Origin: an uncultured virus (IMG/VR IMGVR_UViG_3300027732_001162)
Lineage: Duplodnaviria > Heunggongvirae > Uroviricota > Caudoviricetes
DNA: 64,000 nt
Reading direction: 5' to 3' (one strand)
IMG/VR virus record: IMGVR_UViG_3300027732_001162
The notes below the pieces were generated by a model. That model had not been told where the DNA came from. It searched no databases and was given only the letters and a program-made list of their open reading frames with translations. Position 1 is the first letter of the stretch; each line of letters begins with the position of its first letter. A program made the translations under genes and the position numbers. Positions 46,701-54,654 of this stretch are shown piece after piece.

Positions 46701-49700
46701 ACGCAATGTAATTTGTGTAGTAGAACTTGCAACACAAGTGAATGTTCCATTATAAGACAAGTTTGTATTGCCAGCAACCGTATATGTTAATAAGGTGCTG
46801 GGGGTAAATGTTTGCGTAGGTATATTAAACACAACATCGTATGCACCACTACCAACACTGGTCTTGCTTACAAAACTAATGAGGTTTGTAGATGGAACAT
46901 AGTCAACACTGTTATCAATAGGACCAATCTGCATACCGTCAATGACTGAATCGCGGTAGAAGAATAGTTTACGCCATGGACTTTGACTAACTCGATCCAA
47001 TGGTCGAATAATTGTTCTACGGAATTCATCACCTTTGATTGAAACGTTGGCGGTTAATCGTATTGGGTAATCTTCGTTGTAAATACCAGCTTCAACAAAT
47101 ATAACAATTTGCAATGCACCGACACTTTCAGCAAATTCTAATTCTTCATTATTTGCTTGGTCAAAGAATCCAGGTTGTAGTAACTGGCAAGTGATTGTGT
47201 CATTTGATGCACCAGTTAATGATCCAGGACTATAGCTTAATATATTTGCTGTGGCACCAGAAGAACCACCTCGTAAAATTTTTCCTGGCAAAATATTAAA
47301 ATCACCAGGAGGGCATTGGTCAACATAGCCGTTGCCGCCGTTGGTAAATGTAATGGTATAGATACCTGTTCCAAAGTCTGGTGTAGGTGCAACACCTACA
47401 CCATTAACTACAATGCTTAACATAATAGCATAGTTGTTGGTAAATGTGGTAATAGCTGTAATGGTAAAAGTTAATGCGCCGCTTGGTGTACCATTAGCGG
47501 CCGCACTTAATGTAAGTTGATTTCCATTCACCGCAGTAACAACTTGTCCAGCAGTATATCCAGTGCCCGATACGGTCATACCAACTTTGACAGTTCCACT
47601 TATGCTGGTAACATTCAATGTAGTGCTGGATGATGTTGAATATGTAGCAGATGCAGTGTATCCTCGATTTGCATCTTTACTACCGTCCACGGCCTGCGTT
47701 ACCAACACTTGATAACGACTTGCAACTGTTTGATTTAAAACTTGCAATCCTAAAGTTCTAGCATATTGAATACCATCGAGAGTTTCTGTCAACTGTGTTG
47801 TAATAGCTAGCCTAGCACTGGCACTTTTGTAATAACTCTTACCAGCATTGATACTTTGATATGTGCCACCACTTAACAGATCAATGCTCATGGCATCAAC
47901 AATATATCCCACGTCTCTGCGACAAAGGGCTTCGTTATAGTTGAAGCCGCCTTTGTATTTTTCATTTAAGTAAGTTGTGGTTGACTGTGCAACTGTTAAT
48001 GCATTGGCTAAAATTGTAGAACGCACTGCAACATAACCTGTACTAGCATATGAACTATTGGTTAAATCTGGTGTTGCTGTAACCAAGTTGGGAGGATTAA
48101 GATCTATTACATTAATAATTCTATCCCACTTGGTATTCATAGCGGTAACAGCACCAGCTCCATCTGTATAAGTTCCGCTGGTTGTTTGAGCCAATTCAAA
48201 TGTAGTGGTGGTTGCAATACTCCATGTACCAGGATCACTTGGGTAAGAAATTGTTGTACTGGTTGATGTACTGGCAGTTACTACGAATGTCCCGTTGTAA
48301 CCAGTATTTGAGTTGCCGGCCACTGTAATTTTTTCACCAACTGGGATTGGTATAATTCGAGTAGGTGTAGATAGTCTAACTAGATAAGGGCCCGATCCGG
48401 CCTTGGATATAAATGTCGCTGTCTTGGGTAAAATACTTTGATACAGCGCACTTGGTGGATTGTTACCGATGATAGAAGCAGATATTGTTTGCAGATAACT
48501 AAGACTGGCTACCTTGGCTGCTTTTTCAGTTGGATCAATAGCACTGGTATATACTGTTAGCGCATTTACTACTGCACTGGTCCAAAATTGATTGGCCGCA
48601 GTAGTTGAGCCACTTAACCCGCCGTAAGTCAAATCATAGGCCACTGCTTCCACAAGCAATTGCACATCTTTCTGCCATTGTATTTGGCCGTCAGCATCAA
48701 CATAATTTAGTGATGCGTAATTTTGTTTGATCCAACCAGTAACTTCTGCTGATATAAATCCAACGTTGGCCAATAATAATTGAGATGCACTATTAAATGG
48801 AGACCCTAATGAAGAAGGCGCAACTAATGATACACTTGTTCTATTTGCCAAGCTGAACAACAGTGTATTAGTAATTGTATTGAACAACGCGGTAATCTGC
48901 GTGATAGCAGTTGCATTATTAATATATGGATATGTGTTGTTAACAAACGTTATGGTATTGGTAATTGCTGAAGTTTTTGCAGAATTAATATTTCCATAAA
49001 CTGTTACCAGTGTTGCGGCACCTGCGGCATAATTTGGCGGCGTAACAGCAGGCGCATTGTTAGCTGATATCAACCCTGCCCATGTTGCTGTTGTTGTAAC
49101 TTGTGTATTTGTTAATGTAATTGCCGAGCCGCCCGACGATGATGAAATTTTGAAACGTGTGGCATCTGTAATTTCAATTACATAGTAAGCTGTGCCGCCA
49201 GTAATGCCGCCAAAGTAAGAAGTAATAGTTGTTGCACCACCTCCATAAACACCAGGATCATTAGGATAGCTAAGGGTAACTGTTGTAGGTGTAGAACTGT
49301 TAACAGCAAAATTACCGTTGTAACTGGTGTTGGCATTGCCGGCCATGGTAAATGATGTGTTAGCTAAAGGTTGCACAGTCCATGCTGGTACTGCAAACGT
49401 TACCAAGTATGGGCCTGAGCCTGACTTACTTTGGAAACCAGTAACAGTTATAGCAGATGCTAGGTCAAAAGTTAACAACATACCAGCAGTCATATTTGTT
49501 GTGCTAGCAGTTGTAATTCCACTAATGCTATTAGTAGCAGTAATTGTAAATGTAGTGCCTGAAATAAGTGCAACTAAATTTGAAATAGTTGGGCCTTGTG
49601 CCGCGCCGCCAGTGTATGTTTGATTCTGATACTGATTAACACTGTTTTGATAAACTTGTGCTGGTCCAACATTATTAATAATTGCTTGCGCCAGCGTATT

Positions 49701-51614
49701 GATATATGCAATGGCACCCTTGGTCGCCGCAAGTTCGCTACTAGCAATCTGTCTAACGGCATTTTCCCAATATCTTTGTCCTGCATAAACAGTTCTGCTG
49801 TTACCACCATACAACTGATCATATGCAATGGCTTCCATAATGTAAGCAACATCTCGTTTACAAGTAGTTTGACTATATGCTAATTTTGGATAATTGGCCG
49901 CTATCCAAGCAATAATTTCAGCCTGTGCAAATGCTATGTTGTTCAATAACAAAGTTCTTGCGCTTTGTTTTGCTATGCTTGAACTGCTGGTTGCAGTCAT
50001 GATCAATGCTGGTTCAATACCGCCCTGAACCACCACAATCATGGCATTGATGCAACTGGTAATTCTATCCCGAGCAACCGTTACTGGGTTACCACCAATT
50101 TGTGCTAAATTATTTAATTCTAGTTTTAACTGGCCGAGTGCTCCAACTATTTCTTCAACTGTTAATCCGGTAGCCGCATCTGGATAATATCTAGCAGAAA
50201 CGATACTCTGATAGTTGGAATTCAACACCATGTCATAATTAACAGCATCGATCACAGAATTAAGATAGGTAGTAAGCGAAGCAGAGTTATAGGCAAAAGC
50301 CAACACTTCATCTCTGGCATAGTTAATAGCATCAACAGTCTGAATCAATTGATTACTAATAATTGCGGAATTTTGCTTTGCAAAGTAAGAAGTGGCAAAT
50401 TGCAGACTATTGTAATTAGAACCAATCACAAGGTCAGTGCCAACTGCTGTTAAAATTGATGCTATGTCACTTTGATATCTAACTTGGTCGTAAGTGAATG
50501 TGTTTACATATTTGTTATTGATGTATGCAATAGTTTCTGCTTGAATGAATGCTTTGTTTGCAGTGAGCAATGCCGCGGCATCTTCATAACCAGCAACACC
50601 TGTATTTCCGCCACTGCGTGTGACAGATTGTATTGTTGAGTTAAACTGATTGGGACTAATTGTAAAGCTGATCTTTTGACGATATGGCCCAGGTTCCAAG
50701 CTGGCCAGACTTTGTAGTGTTTCAGCTTGAAGTGCGGCCGCACCAATAGTTTTATAAGCATGTGCCCAGTTCCGGCCTTCGCGTCCGGGAGGAGTTTTTA
50801 ATTGTGTGTCATCGCCGTCTGTGCGTACATACAAGTTGGTTGAGCTGACAAATACTTCATTATCAACATAAAATTTTGTAGCGGCCTGCTTGTCATCTGC
50901 ACTGTTTGGAGTGCCAAAGCCAGCTACTGGAGCAGGATGATCGCTGAGAGTCAACTTGCCAATCATTGTGTCACCGCCACGATACACTGTATTTTTACGT
51001 GGCAATGCTTCGTTTGATAGATAGTTGCTAGTTAACGTTGAATCATAAGTTATGTCAGTTAAATCTGGAGTCAGCGGTTCATCACGTAAACGCAATGCTC
51101 CTACAACCACGTTGCCGTCGCCTTTGCCAACATAGTGAGTGTCAGCATAACCCTTGCTAATTGCCAATTTATCAATAGTTGTTGAAATACCAAGACTTGC
51201 ATACGTGGCATTGAACGCATTGACCAATGCTGAGCTTGGATCAGGAATGTTACCAACTGCTAAATTATTAATGTTTAATGGTCCACCTAAACGAGGAGCA
51301 ATGTCGTTTCTCAAATCGGATGTGGTACCAACCAAACGTAATTCGCCAGCACGGCTGTTATCAATACTAACACCTCCAGTGGCAGTTAGTGTTTTAGCAA
51401 GTATTGATGTGCCTGCACCGTTAGTAATAAACACCTGATCAGCAGTATAGCTATCCGGAGTATCCCCTAGAGCAGTGAATTTAATCGTGCCGCCCAGGCC
51501 AAAAATTGCATATACTTCTGTAAAGTTATCATTTACCTTGCGGAACGAGTCACGAATACTGTCGCCTGTGCCGTCATTACCTTGTATACCAATATCAATT
51601 TCTTGTTTTGCCAT
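37791..51614 (-). CDS. Giant (4607 aa) tail fibre/structural protein
   Basis: N-terminal GDSIRDSFRKVNDNF module, Thr/Ser/Gly-rich beta repeats, helical RDVxYI repeats and a C-terminal YADLAEYY...PGTVLVFGG domain. Confidence 0.8.
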   Translation of the reverse strand: MAKQEIDIGIQGNDGTGDSIRDSFRKVNDNFTEVYAIFGLGGTIKFTALGDTPDSYTADQVFITNGAGTSILAKTLTATGGVSIDNSRAGELRLVGTTSDLRNDIAPRLGGPLNINNLAVGNIPDPSSALVNAFNATYASLGISTTIDKLAISKGYADTHYVGKGDGNVVVGALRLRDEPLTPDLTDITYDSTLTSNYLSNEALPRKNTVYRGGDTMIGKLTLSDHPAPVAGFGTPNSADDKQAATKFYVDNEVFVSSTNLYVRTDGDDTQLKTPPGREGRNWAHAYKTIGAAALQAETLQSLASLEPGPYRQKISFTISPNQFNSTIQSVTRSGGNTGVAGYEDAAALLTANKAFIQAETIAYINNKYVNTFTYDQVRYQSDIASILTAVGTDLVIGSNYNSLQFATSYFAKQNSAIISNQLIQTVDAINYARDEVLAFAYNSASLTTYLNSVIDAVNYDMVLNSNYQSIVSARYYPDAATGLTVEEIVGALGQLKLELNNLAQIGGNPVTVARDRITSCINAMIVVVQGGIEPALIMTATSSSSIAKQSARTLLLNNIAFAQAEIIAWIAANYPKLAYSQTTCKRDVAYIMEAIAYDQLYGGNSRTVYAGQRYWENAVRQIASSELAATKGAIAYINTLAQAIINNVGPAQVYQNSVNQYQNQTYTGGAAQGPTISNLVALISGTTFTITATNSISGITTASTTNMTAGMLLTFDLASAITVTGFQSKSGSGPYLVTFAVPAWTVQPLANTSFTMAGNANTSYNGNFAVNSSTPTTVTLSYPNDPGVYGGGATTITSYFGGITGGTAYYVIEITDATRFKISSSSGGSAITLTNTQVTTTATWAGLISANNAPAVTPPNYAAGAATLVTVYGNINSAKTSAITNTITFVNNTYPYINNATAITQITALFNTITNTLLFSLANRTSVSLVAPSSLGSPFNSASQLLLANVGFISAEVTGWIKQNYASLNYVDADGQIQWQKDVQLLVEAVAYDLTYGGLSGSTTAANQFWTSAVVNALTVYTSAIDPTEKAAKVASLSYLQTISASIIGNNPPSALYQSILPKTATFISKAGSGPYLVRLSTPTRIIPIPVGEKITVAGNSNTGYNGTFVVTASTSTSTTISYPSDPGTWSIATTTTFELAQTTSGTYTDGAGAVTAMNTKWDRIINVIDLNPPNLVTATPDLTNSSYASTGYVAVRSTILANALTVAQSTTTYLNEKYKGGFNYNEALCRRDVGYIVDAMSIDLLSGGTYQSINAGKSYYKSASARLAITTQLTETLDGIQYARTLGLQVLNQTVASRYQVLVTQAVDGSKDANRGYTASATYSTSSSTTLNVTSISGTVKVGMTVSGTGYTAGQVVTAVNGNQLTLSAAANGTPSGALTFTITAITTFTNNYAIMLSIVVNGVGVAPTPDFGTGIYTITFTNGGNGYVDQCPPGDFNILPGKILRGGSSGATANILSYSPGSLTGASNDTITCQLLQPGFFDQANNEELEFAESVGALQIVIFVEAGIYNEDYPIRLTANVSIKGDEFRRTIIRPLDRVSQSPWRKLFFYRDSVIDGMQIGPIDNSVDYVPSTNLISFVSKTSVGSGAYDVVFNIPTQTFTPSTLLTYTVAGNTNLSYNGTFTCVASSTTQITLRYASDPGTYGTSTVSTIGPLVTATISGTVGKIIITLSSNTQVSVSYLGYVFQSDVLDSNGKPGRAVVDSVSGNFMNATVMYPFTQTAVATINYTNAFTFAVGETIAQSGTTSSATGVVISATATQLTYKVTSGIMSNTNGAIIGATSGAQASVSSISFGVLAPTSWHLYETKNYGRHYLTDPADINSTPKNNRDIDVFLCGNAVRMNNMTGEGHGGFMMVLDPEGQIKSKSPYGQVATSFSRSQNKQVFAGGQFVDGFAGRLFGQITFASVDGFTLIVTGGVNSGLDIRAPQTPSAFFVRGGRYQINTVSNYAQTFDVNGNVIGGTVQLNLGAQTPWLGGAGQKINIEMAGNKSMLANDFAMINDLGYAILATNGGLTEQVSTFTYYCWTAFWALNGGQIRSVGSSSAHGQYALRASGYDVTEKPDTVSLAQNLMQTARIFNPTTLPQSSTGNAFYGNMNTAAISVYVYSYDYYPTQITELEIDHSLAGKGIVRYQVNSVSHTTVYVPTGSVGSNYAYASATFATGSTASTTMTVNSTANIKIGQTVTGTGFTRNQKVTGISLDGITLTLDGSPDSTPSGTLYFSDTVIVSGASLGGVSSSFSGNTALNTNFIASAGTLAAIRTSPALLVTGYVSKTGTGPYLVTFNIPTQLSAPTPSSGYVISGNSNTSYNGSNTVSSSTFTTITISYASDPGVFSTVNYTTIQAPVTTSATYLAKTGTAPNVFVTFTTAAVTTIPLVGGLFTIAGNSNTDYNGTFVCVGSTLTSITLRYTVDPGSSGGSATTYYFNGATITGPNIPFGTTALATTGGNTVILSNVASATASGSTFSSNAGNDLTAYVTGIVNTALATFIYTGNAVTGGSAVYNNLFSTSSSAIGVYSNFNIIVTPLFGSGTVGTIAGSGTSGAPWTATITGITSTTGMRVGNTLSATAGTGTLFGGTPTTIVITSIVSGTSITYAVVGGTTPTAGTVTAIQTSSAYTSATIGGQNVLLLTLSTSGSGGTSSTGLAAPLYDGQLVQLRMLQNFKFYEIDNVNPTRPSTAVQFTDNLGSIYRVLTYNLTEATNEILPAFQAILSTDQSFSYYLFQADTGNITKPDPVDGGAKTMGATPGDTRIAVTAFGPQQNIDQVNKGTYAFAFGGKVHGITSYTAPITTTVITGYNPTGSSGTTLVIGGTFTGTIASASSTVTFVSSFTGLVVGELITGFGIPAGTTIISINTGSSSIALSAAAVSTGSGATFTYGSTSGILTGMIVSAVGFTSGQSVLSISSNNIASFVIADTVGTVTVTSGTYVVGEAITITGTFGSTGSLTVGGTTYSSGATSNMTAGIIFYIGRVNSATSIQLASSYANAIAQTPVFITSSAGTPSGLTYARISDTVVLTAGPTSTPSGVLTFTKSTIPFITLGAIKYSITSTDANPITITRIQSRGQVAATYVPTGSFLGNITSGSASILGVNSLTNLGAGTSIAGVGLNSQVAVSAVSTTSPSTITVDNGTLLSVGNLITFQASTATFGGIPVRGGLNSSTTYTPISGVSVTSAATYTAVVTKSSSGKGTGATFTITKTGAGTAYSGFTTITLVAQGVGYVVGDTITIDGALLGGSTSTNDMTFTLATAVNQAQYYVKTIATNAITISATFGGAAVTGITSVAATTTIASFAIADLVGTATVTSGTYTVGQAITVTGTFSAGGIGGYTTGTTYYIGKVNSATSIQLTSSFTKATASTPVFDLTTTIGTATAGATFTLTQAPVTARSDNTVASTSSTTTFTATPTNGSATLTSVGSFTNLVVGAPVSGTGIVAGTVIISLNTGASTIVMSNQANGGGSPVTVTCTTNTVVLNATATATATGQFLTYNNLSTSITVYTSDRTQFIKAGMSVFGSGFTSGQTVVSATASTSGAPVTTIVLSASPDSTPFGVLGFTELSSVAGPWYTTLEIPTQSVAPIVDTFYQVSGNGNSDYNKFVQCIASSLTSITLAYSVDPESTVVSTYNPSGSVGTTLKVASSTGVAIGDIVRGGGTSGFFLGQFVTNINADGITLTVSAPPSGTPTGNITFTAPSQTASPVILTPIITGISRPMNSTVAQPLRAGYLSGTAAQITTRISTTRCSAHDLLDIGTGGYNTTNYPYQIFGNPYQKADQTNEVLEETVGRVFYVTTDQNGIFRVGRFFTVDQGTGTVTFSASIALSNLDGLGFKRGVTVSEFSTDSSMTNDASDTVPTQSAVRGYIDNRLGVQHSGATTPATALIGSGYMNLSGQLPMKGNMSMGGFTVGSMGLPILNSDATNKLYVDNVVNARDSFFKLKDTASSMQFNVAQNQIAVWGFTNANNNLQSGAWTNAAFDKAGDLTINWDGITLTSTIQGAVVYATYVSGGTAATGTFSATISGNILTVSGSPTVTVQKGMMLTGGTVTAGTYIVDTGLTTTSVTGTGGAGTYLINIPQVSTCTGGSVFLLTLNSSTGIIPGMIVSGTGYTGSQVVTGSINASVVSMSAVYNTTPSGRLAFTRNGAVNDGKVSATAAIAQSKLGMNLATATISAVPTLVTVTAGSFVVGKRYRIATVGTTNWTAPGTALWAGATAGTAGTIFQAFTIGGGTGTAIDIDALQAATGVSQYDSSQFTVTDGWVTLQTSTSTSTGVPSTKLQWITGNSVLANISGVAAAVSVTTTQAMVANGDGIRNQDISSTGNSTTIPVGGTGTLATSTGAVIRTGVKAYGVIGITATGANNMLVQTDSGGVVDVKGIKISSLPTSGNILQVASTTLEFYTPGNFKFLTAVGTSSSTNTFYGTSDFSQTGATLQSKTLTTGASGTAGTITGQWQFAASSLLDASLVTLKVATISTGADATGCTMQGTYTLSGASKLQATYADLAEYYEGDQEYEPGTVLVFGGDKEVTTTGEMNDTRSAGVVTTNPAYVMNDAQTGMRVCLALAGRVPCKVVGRVKKGDMLTTSSTPGYAVRATDPKLGSIIGKALEDKDNGEAGIIQVAVGRV

Positions 51615-51619
51615 TTTTA

Positions 51620-51943
51620 TTAAACTCCGAAGCTAGAACCGCAACCGCATGTTGATTTTGCGTTGGGATTTGTGATTGTGAAAGAACTGCCTGCAAGCTC
51701 TTCTTTATAGTCTATTTCTGCACCCTGCAGATATTGCATACTCATTGCATCTACAAGTAACTTAAATTCATCTAGAGGAACTTCAAAATCATCCTCATTC
51801 ATTACATCGTCAAAAGTAAAACCGTAGCTAAAGCCACTACAGCCTCCACCTTGTACAAAAGTGCGTAATGATAATTGGGGATTGTTTTCTTCAAGGAGTA
51901 GGTCCTTGATTTTTGTTTTTGCTGACTCGGATATAGTGATCAT
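51620..51943 (-). CDS. erpA: Fe-S cluster insertion protein (ErpA/IscA/HesB)
   Basis: GGGCSGFSY and TCGCGSSF; likely start MITISESA at 51943. Confidence 0.92.
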   Translation of the reverse strand: MITISESAKTKIKDLLLEENNPQLSLRTFVQGGGCSGFSYGFTFDDVMNEDDFEVPLDEFKLLVDAMSMQYLQGAEIDYKEELAGSSFTITNPNAKSTCGCGSSFGV

Positions 51944-52001
51944 GATTGCCCTCGATATGATATTTATCAAACCAATTTTATAATCCGAATGTAAATAGTA
52001 T

Positions 52002-52289
52002 ATGTTCATACGCACTGAGTTTAGAGAATCACATCATGTACGCACCAGCAATAGGGGCATTACTCATACCTACAAGCGTAAAAAAACTGTGGTTGTGCTA
52101 CAATGTGATGCATGTAGCGAAGTAATTTATCGAGATAAAGGAAGTATGGATCCCAAACGCATAAACAATAATTTTTACCATGTGTGTGCTGACTGTGACC
52201 CAAAAAAGTTTGCACAACTCAAAGGTGTAGAAGCACGTAAGATTTGGGATATACCGGCTAGTAGCTTAAAAACTATAGGCCAATTATAG
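52002..52289 (+). CDS. Small Cys-containing (Zn-ribbon-like) protein
   Basis: CDAC...HVCADC; TAAATA at 51992-51997. Confidence 0.7.
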   Translation: MFIRTEFRESHHVRTSNRGITHTYKRKKTVVVLQCDACSEVIYRDKGSMDPKRINNNFYHVCADCDPKKFAQLKGVEARKIWDIPASSLKTIGQL

Positions 52290-52292
52290 CTA

Positions 52293-52300
52293 TATAAATA
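52293..52300 (+). promoter_or_regulatory. T4-type late promoter TATAAATA
   Basis: Exact T4 late consensus followed by an AGGAG SD. Confidence 0.75.
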
Positions 52301-52318
52301 CTCAACAGGAGATTAACC

Positions 52319-52579
52319 ATGTTACATTATATTAAAAGTTTGTTTGGAATTACACCTAAGGAAGCACCAGTTGCCGAAGTACCGTATAAAGTAGAAGCAA
52401 AATCATGGGAAGATACATCAGATATTGCTCTTGCCCAACGTCCAATTCCAGTTGCTGACCAGGCTACTCAAGCAGTTGTTGAATCAATGGCTCCAGCTAA
52501 AAAGCCAGCGGCTAAGAAAACTACAGCTAAGAAAGCACCAGCGGCTAAAAAGCCACGTACTCCAAAAGCGGCAAAATAA
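52319..52579 (+). CDS. Small protein with histone H1-like AKKP tail
   Basis: PAKKPAAKKTTAKKAPAAKKPRTPKAAK C-terminus. Confidence 0.75.
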   Translation: MLHYIKSLFGITPKEAPVAEVPYKVEAKSWEDTSDIALAQRPIPVADQATQAVVESMAPAKKPAAKKTTAKKAPAAKKPRTPKAAK

Positions 52580-52605
52580 TATAAGGGTCTTGTGCCCTTA
52601 TATTA
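52577..52605. terminator. Hairpin between convergent genes
   Basis: TAATATAAGGG-N7-CCCTTATATTA. Confidence 0.7.
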
Positions 52606-52825
52606 ACTTGTCTAATTGCTCAGAGTATCGAGCCATATCCTCTTGAATCCTGGCCTTGCGCTGTTCATTCAAATTGGGATTTTCTTCCAGCTCTTCTCGG
52701 AGAGTTTCCAACCTGTGTATCAGTTGATCTCGAGATAGCTTTGGGCTTGATTTTGTAGCGCCATATTGCCGAGGCGCTTGTCGTTGTGTGGTGCGCTGAC
52801 CTTTTTTACTAGTGTTATTTCCCAT
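52598..52825 (-). CDS. Hypothetical protein
   Basis: 75-aa ORF. Confidence 0.55.
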   Translation of the reverse strand: MGNNTSKKGQRTTQRQAPRQYGATKSSPKLSRDQLIHRLETLREELEENPNLNEQRKARIQEDMARYSEQLDKLI

Positions 52826-52843
52826 CTATTTGTTTCATAATTC

Positions 52844-53866
52844 CTATACTAATTTTAGTTCTACTGCCCTATTGTACACTTGCTCACTGCTCAAGTTTTT
52901 ACCTTTGCTTTCACACATGATGTCAAAGTTTTCCCAGAAGCCCAACGCCCAATCAGTCACTGGCTGATTCCAGTACCAATCACTGTGTGCCCGCATCTTT
53001 TGTTTCTTGTAGCCTTGTGCTAACAGTTCAGTATGATCTGGCAACACATTCACTGGGTGATCCACCAACACATCTTCTCTACTCACACTGTAATGGCATA
53101 CTGGCCGTACACCACGCCAAGAATCAATGATACGTTTGACTCTATCATCTGCAGGCTGAATGTACTCGCCGGTGCGAATCCAATGATGGTGAATGTCCAA
53201 TACCAGCGCACAGTGATCCACCAGTTCAATACTGCTATCCACACCCCAGCAGTTCTCATCATTCTCAATAGTGATGCAGTTACGGGCTTCGGGGCTCAAC
53301 TTCTTCAGCGTTTCTTTGATGCCTTCAGGACCACGCTTGCCTGAAATATGCACATTGATCTTCATGTCTTGGAATGTCTTACCAAAGCCCATCCATCTAG
53401 CCATGTCCGCATGATATTCAAATTCTTCAATGCTACGTTCTACGATGCCGGGATTCTCACTGGCCAGCACACAGAACTGTCCTGGATGGAAACTAATACG
53501 CACATCATGTTTGCGAGCGGCTTCACCTACTGGAGCAAAGATACGTTCGCAATGCTGTTGTTGATCTGGATGTTGCCACCAAGTAATCCAATCTTTTTCA
53601 GTGTAGCCACTCAGCATTTCAGATCCAATACGCATCATTCTGCGCTCAGGTGGCAGAGTAGCAACTTTTTCAATCATTTTAACCGCGGCACTTGTGTTGT
53701 GATTCATCAAGTCATATTGACGTTGTTCAGCTTCAAGCGGATGTTCACGCAACCATCGCATGGTGGTACTGCGACCATTCATTACTCTATTAGCGGCATT
53801 TACTTTCATGCCTCTCACTTCACTAGCATCGTCTAACCATTTGCAAGCATAGCCTATACGTTTCAT
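52844..53866 (-). CDS. uvsE: UV damage endonuclease
   Basis: RIGYAC, SFHPGQF, IENDE, LDIHHH, HYS and RAHSD. Confidence 0.92.
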   Translation of the reverse strand: MKRIGYACKWLDDASEVRGMKVNAANRVMNGRSTTMRWLREHPLEAEQRQYDLMNHNTSAAVKMIEKVATLPPERRMMRIGSEMLSGYTEKDWITWWQHPDQQQHCERIFAPVGEAARKHDVRISFHPGQFCVLASENPGIVERSIEEFEYHADMARWMGFGKTFQDMKINVHISGKRGPEGIKETLKKLSPEARNCITIENDENCWGVDSSIELVDHCALVLDIHHHWIRTGEYIQPADDRVKRIIDSWRGVRPVCHYSVSREDVLVDHPVNVLPDHTELLAQGYKKQKMRAHSDWYWNQPVTDWALGFWENFDIMCESKGKNLSSEQVYNRAVELKLV

Positions 53867-53874
53867 GTGTGCCT

Positions 53875-54057
53875 TTACCAGTGTCGTACGACACCTAAGA
53901 TTATAAAAAAGTTTGTAAGTACATATATTAACACAATCGCAGTTCTAATGCAAGCAATTCGGTCCGCTTCCACGTCCGAACTGCCCGATTTTTCACCCAG
54001 AGCTTTTGCCCACAGTCTCCAGTAATGCTTAACCTTCGTACGTAGCCGAATTAGCAC
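53875..54057 (-). CDS. Small membrane protein (start uncertain)
   Basis: WRLWAKALGEK...ADRIACIRT plus a C-terminal TM segment. Confidence 0.55.
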   Translation of the reverse strand: MLIRLRTKVKHYWRLWAKALGEKSGSSDVEADRIACIRTAIVLIYVLTNFFIILGVVRHW

Positions 54058-54544
54058 CGTGTTCAAATACCTCAACTGATTTGATCCTGACTGTTGGATT
54101 GATTGGGTAATGCATATCGCCACTAGCCAAAAGCTCAGCCATTTTGTCATATGCCATTTTGGCAAACATTTCACAGCCTACACCTGGAACAATTCTTAGA
54201 TCGCACAGTGCGCCGCGCTCGTGTGGCAGTTTGCTTAGATGATCTTTACTTTCAATATCCACCATCTCATTCATATGTTTGAAAAATTCCAGCATAGGAT
54301 CGTCTTCAGCAACCACTAGTGTGTGATCGAACATAGAATCGGCCCAGGCCTTAAATTCTTTTAAGCCACCAAAGTCCATGCACCAGTTTTTGTCATCTAG
54401 AGTATCACATTCAAATATTAATTTGATACCAATTGAATAACCATGTATTGTTGAGCAATGGCTGTGTGTGGCACGCCATTGTCTAAAACAGCAGGATAAG
54501 CCTCTGTCGTTACCGTAAGTTTTTGTTGAGTAAAATTTTGCCAT
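54029..54544 (-). CDS. queD: 6-carboxy-5,6,7,8-tetrahydropterin synthase (QueD/PTPS)
   Basis: CCFRQW...HCSTIHGY, MDFGGLK, FDHT, GCEMFA and EVFEHGANSA. Confidence 0.88.
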   Translation of the reverse strand: MAKFYSTKTYGNDRGLSCCFRQWRATHSHCSTIHGYSIGIKLIFECDTLDDKNWCMDFGGLKEFKAWADSMFDHTLVVAEDDPMLEFFKHMNEMVDIESKDHLSKLPHERGALCDLRIVPGVGCEMFAKMAYDKMAELLASGDMHYPINPTVRIKSVEVFEHGANSATYEG

Positions 54545-54560
54545 TGTATTCTCCTTGAAT

Positions 54561-54645
54561 AAGCAATGACACGCAGAGTTTATATTGCGGGATGAGCGTC
54601 TTAGTCCGCATGTAGTAATTATACGCTTTTATGCGTAAAGGTCAA
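54561..54645 (-). promoter_or_regulatory. sigma70 promoter (TTGACC-N16-TATAAT) and pseudoknot-capable queD leader
   Basis: Promoter at 54618-54645; leader UGCGG-loop-CCGCA, A-rich linker, then GCGU complementary to loop ACGC. Confidence 0.55.
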
Positions 54646-54654
54646 TGGTATTGG

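Noticed and set aside
37927..51438. Many plus-strand ORFs within the giant fibre gene
   Set aside because: Antisense shadows of Thr/Gly/Val-rich codons; no SD or recognisable motifs.
54058..54174. Long N-terminal extension of the 99-aa ORF overlapping queD
   Set aside because: Overlaps conserved QueD sequence; only the C-terminal part looks like a real gene.
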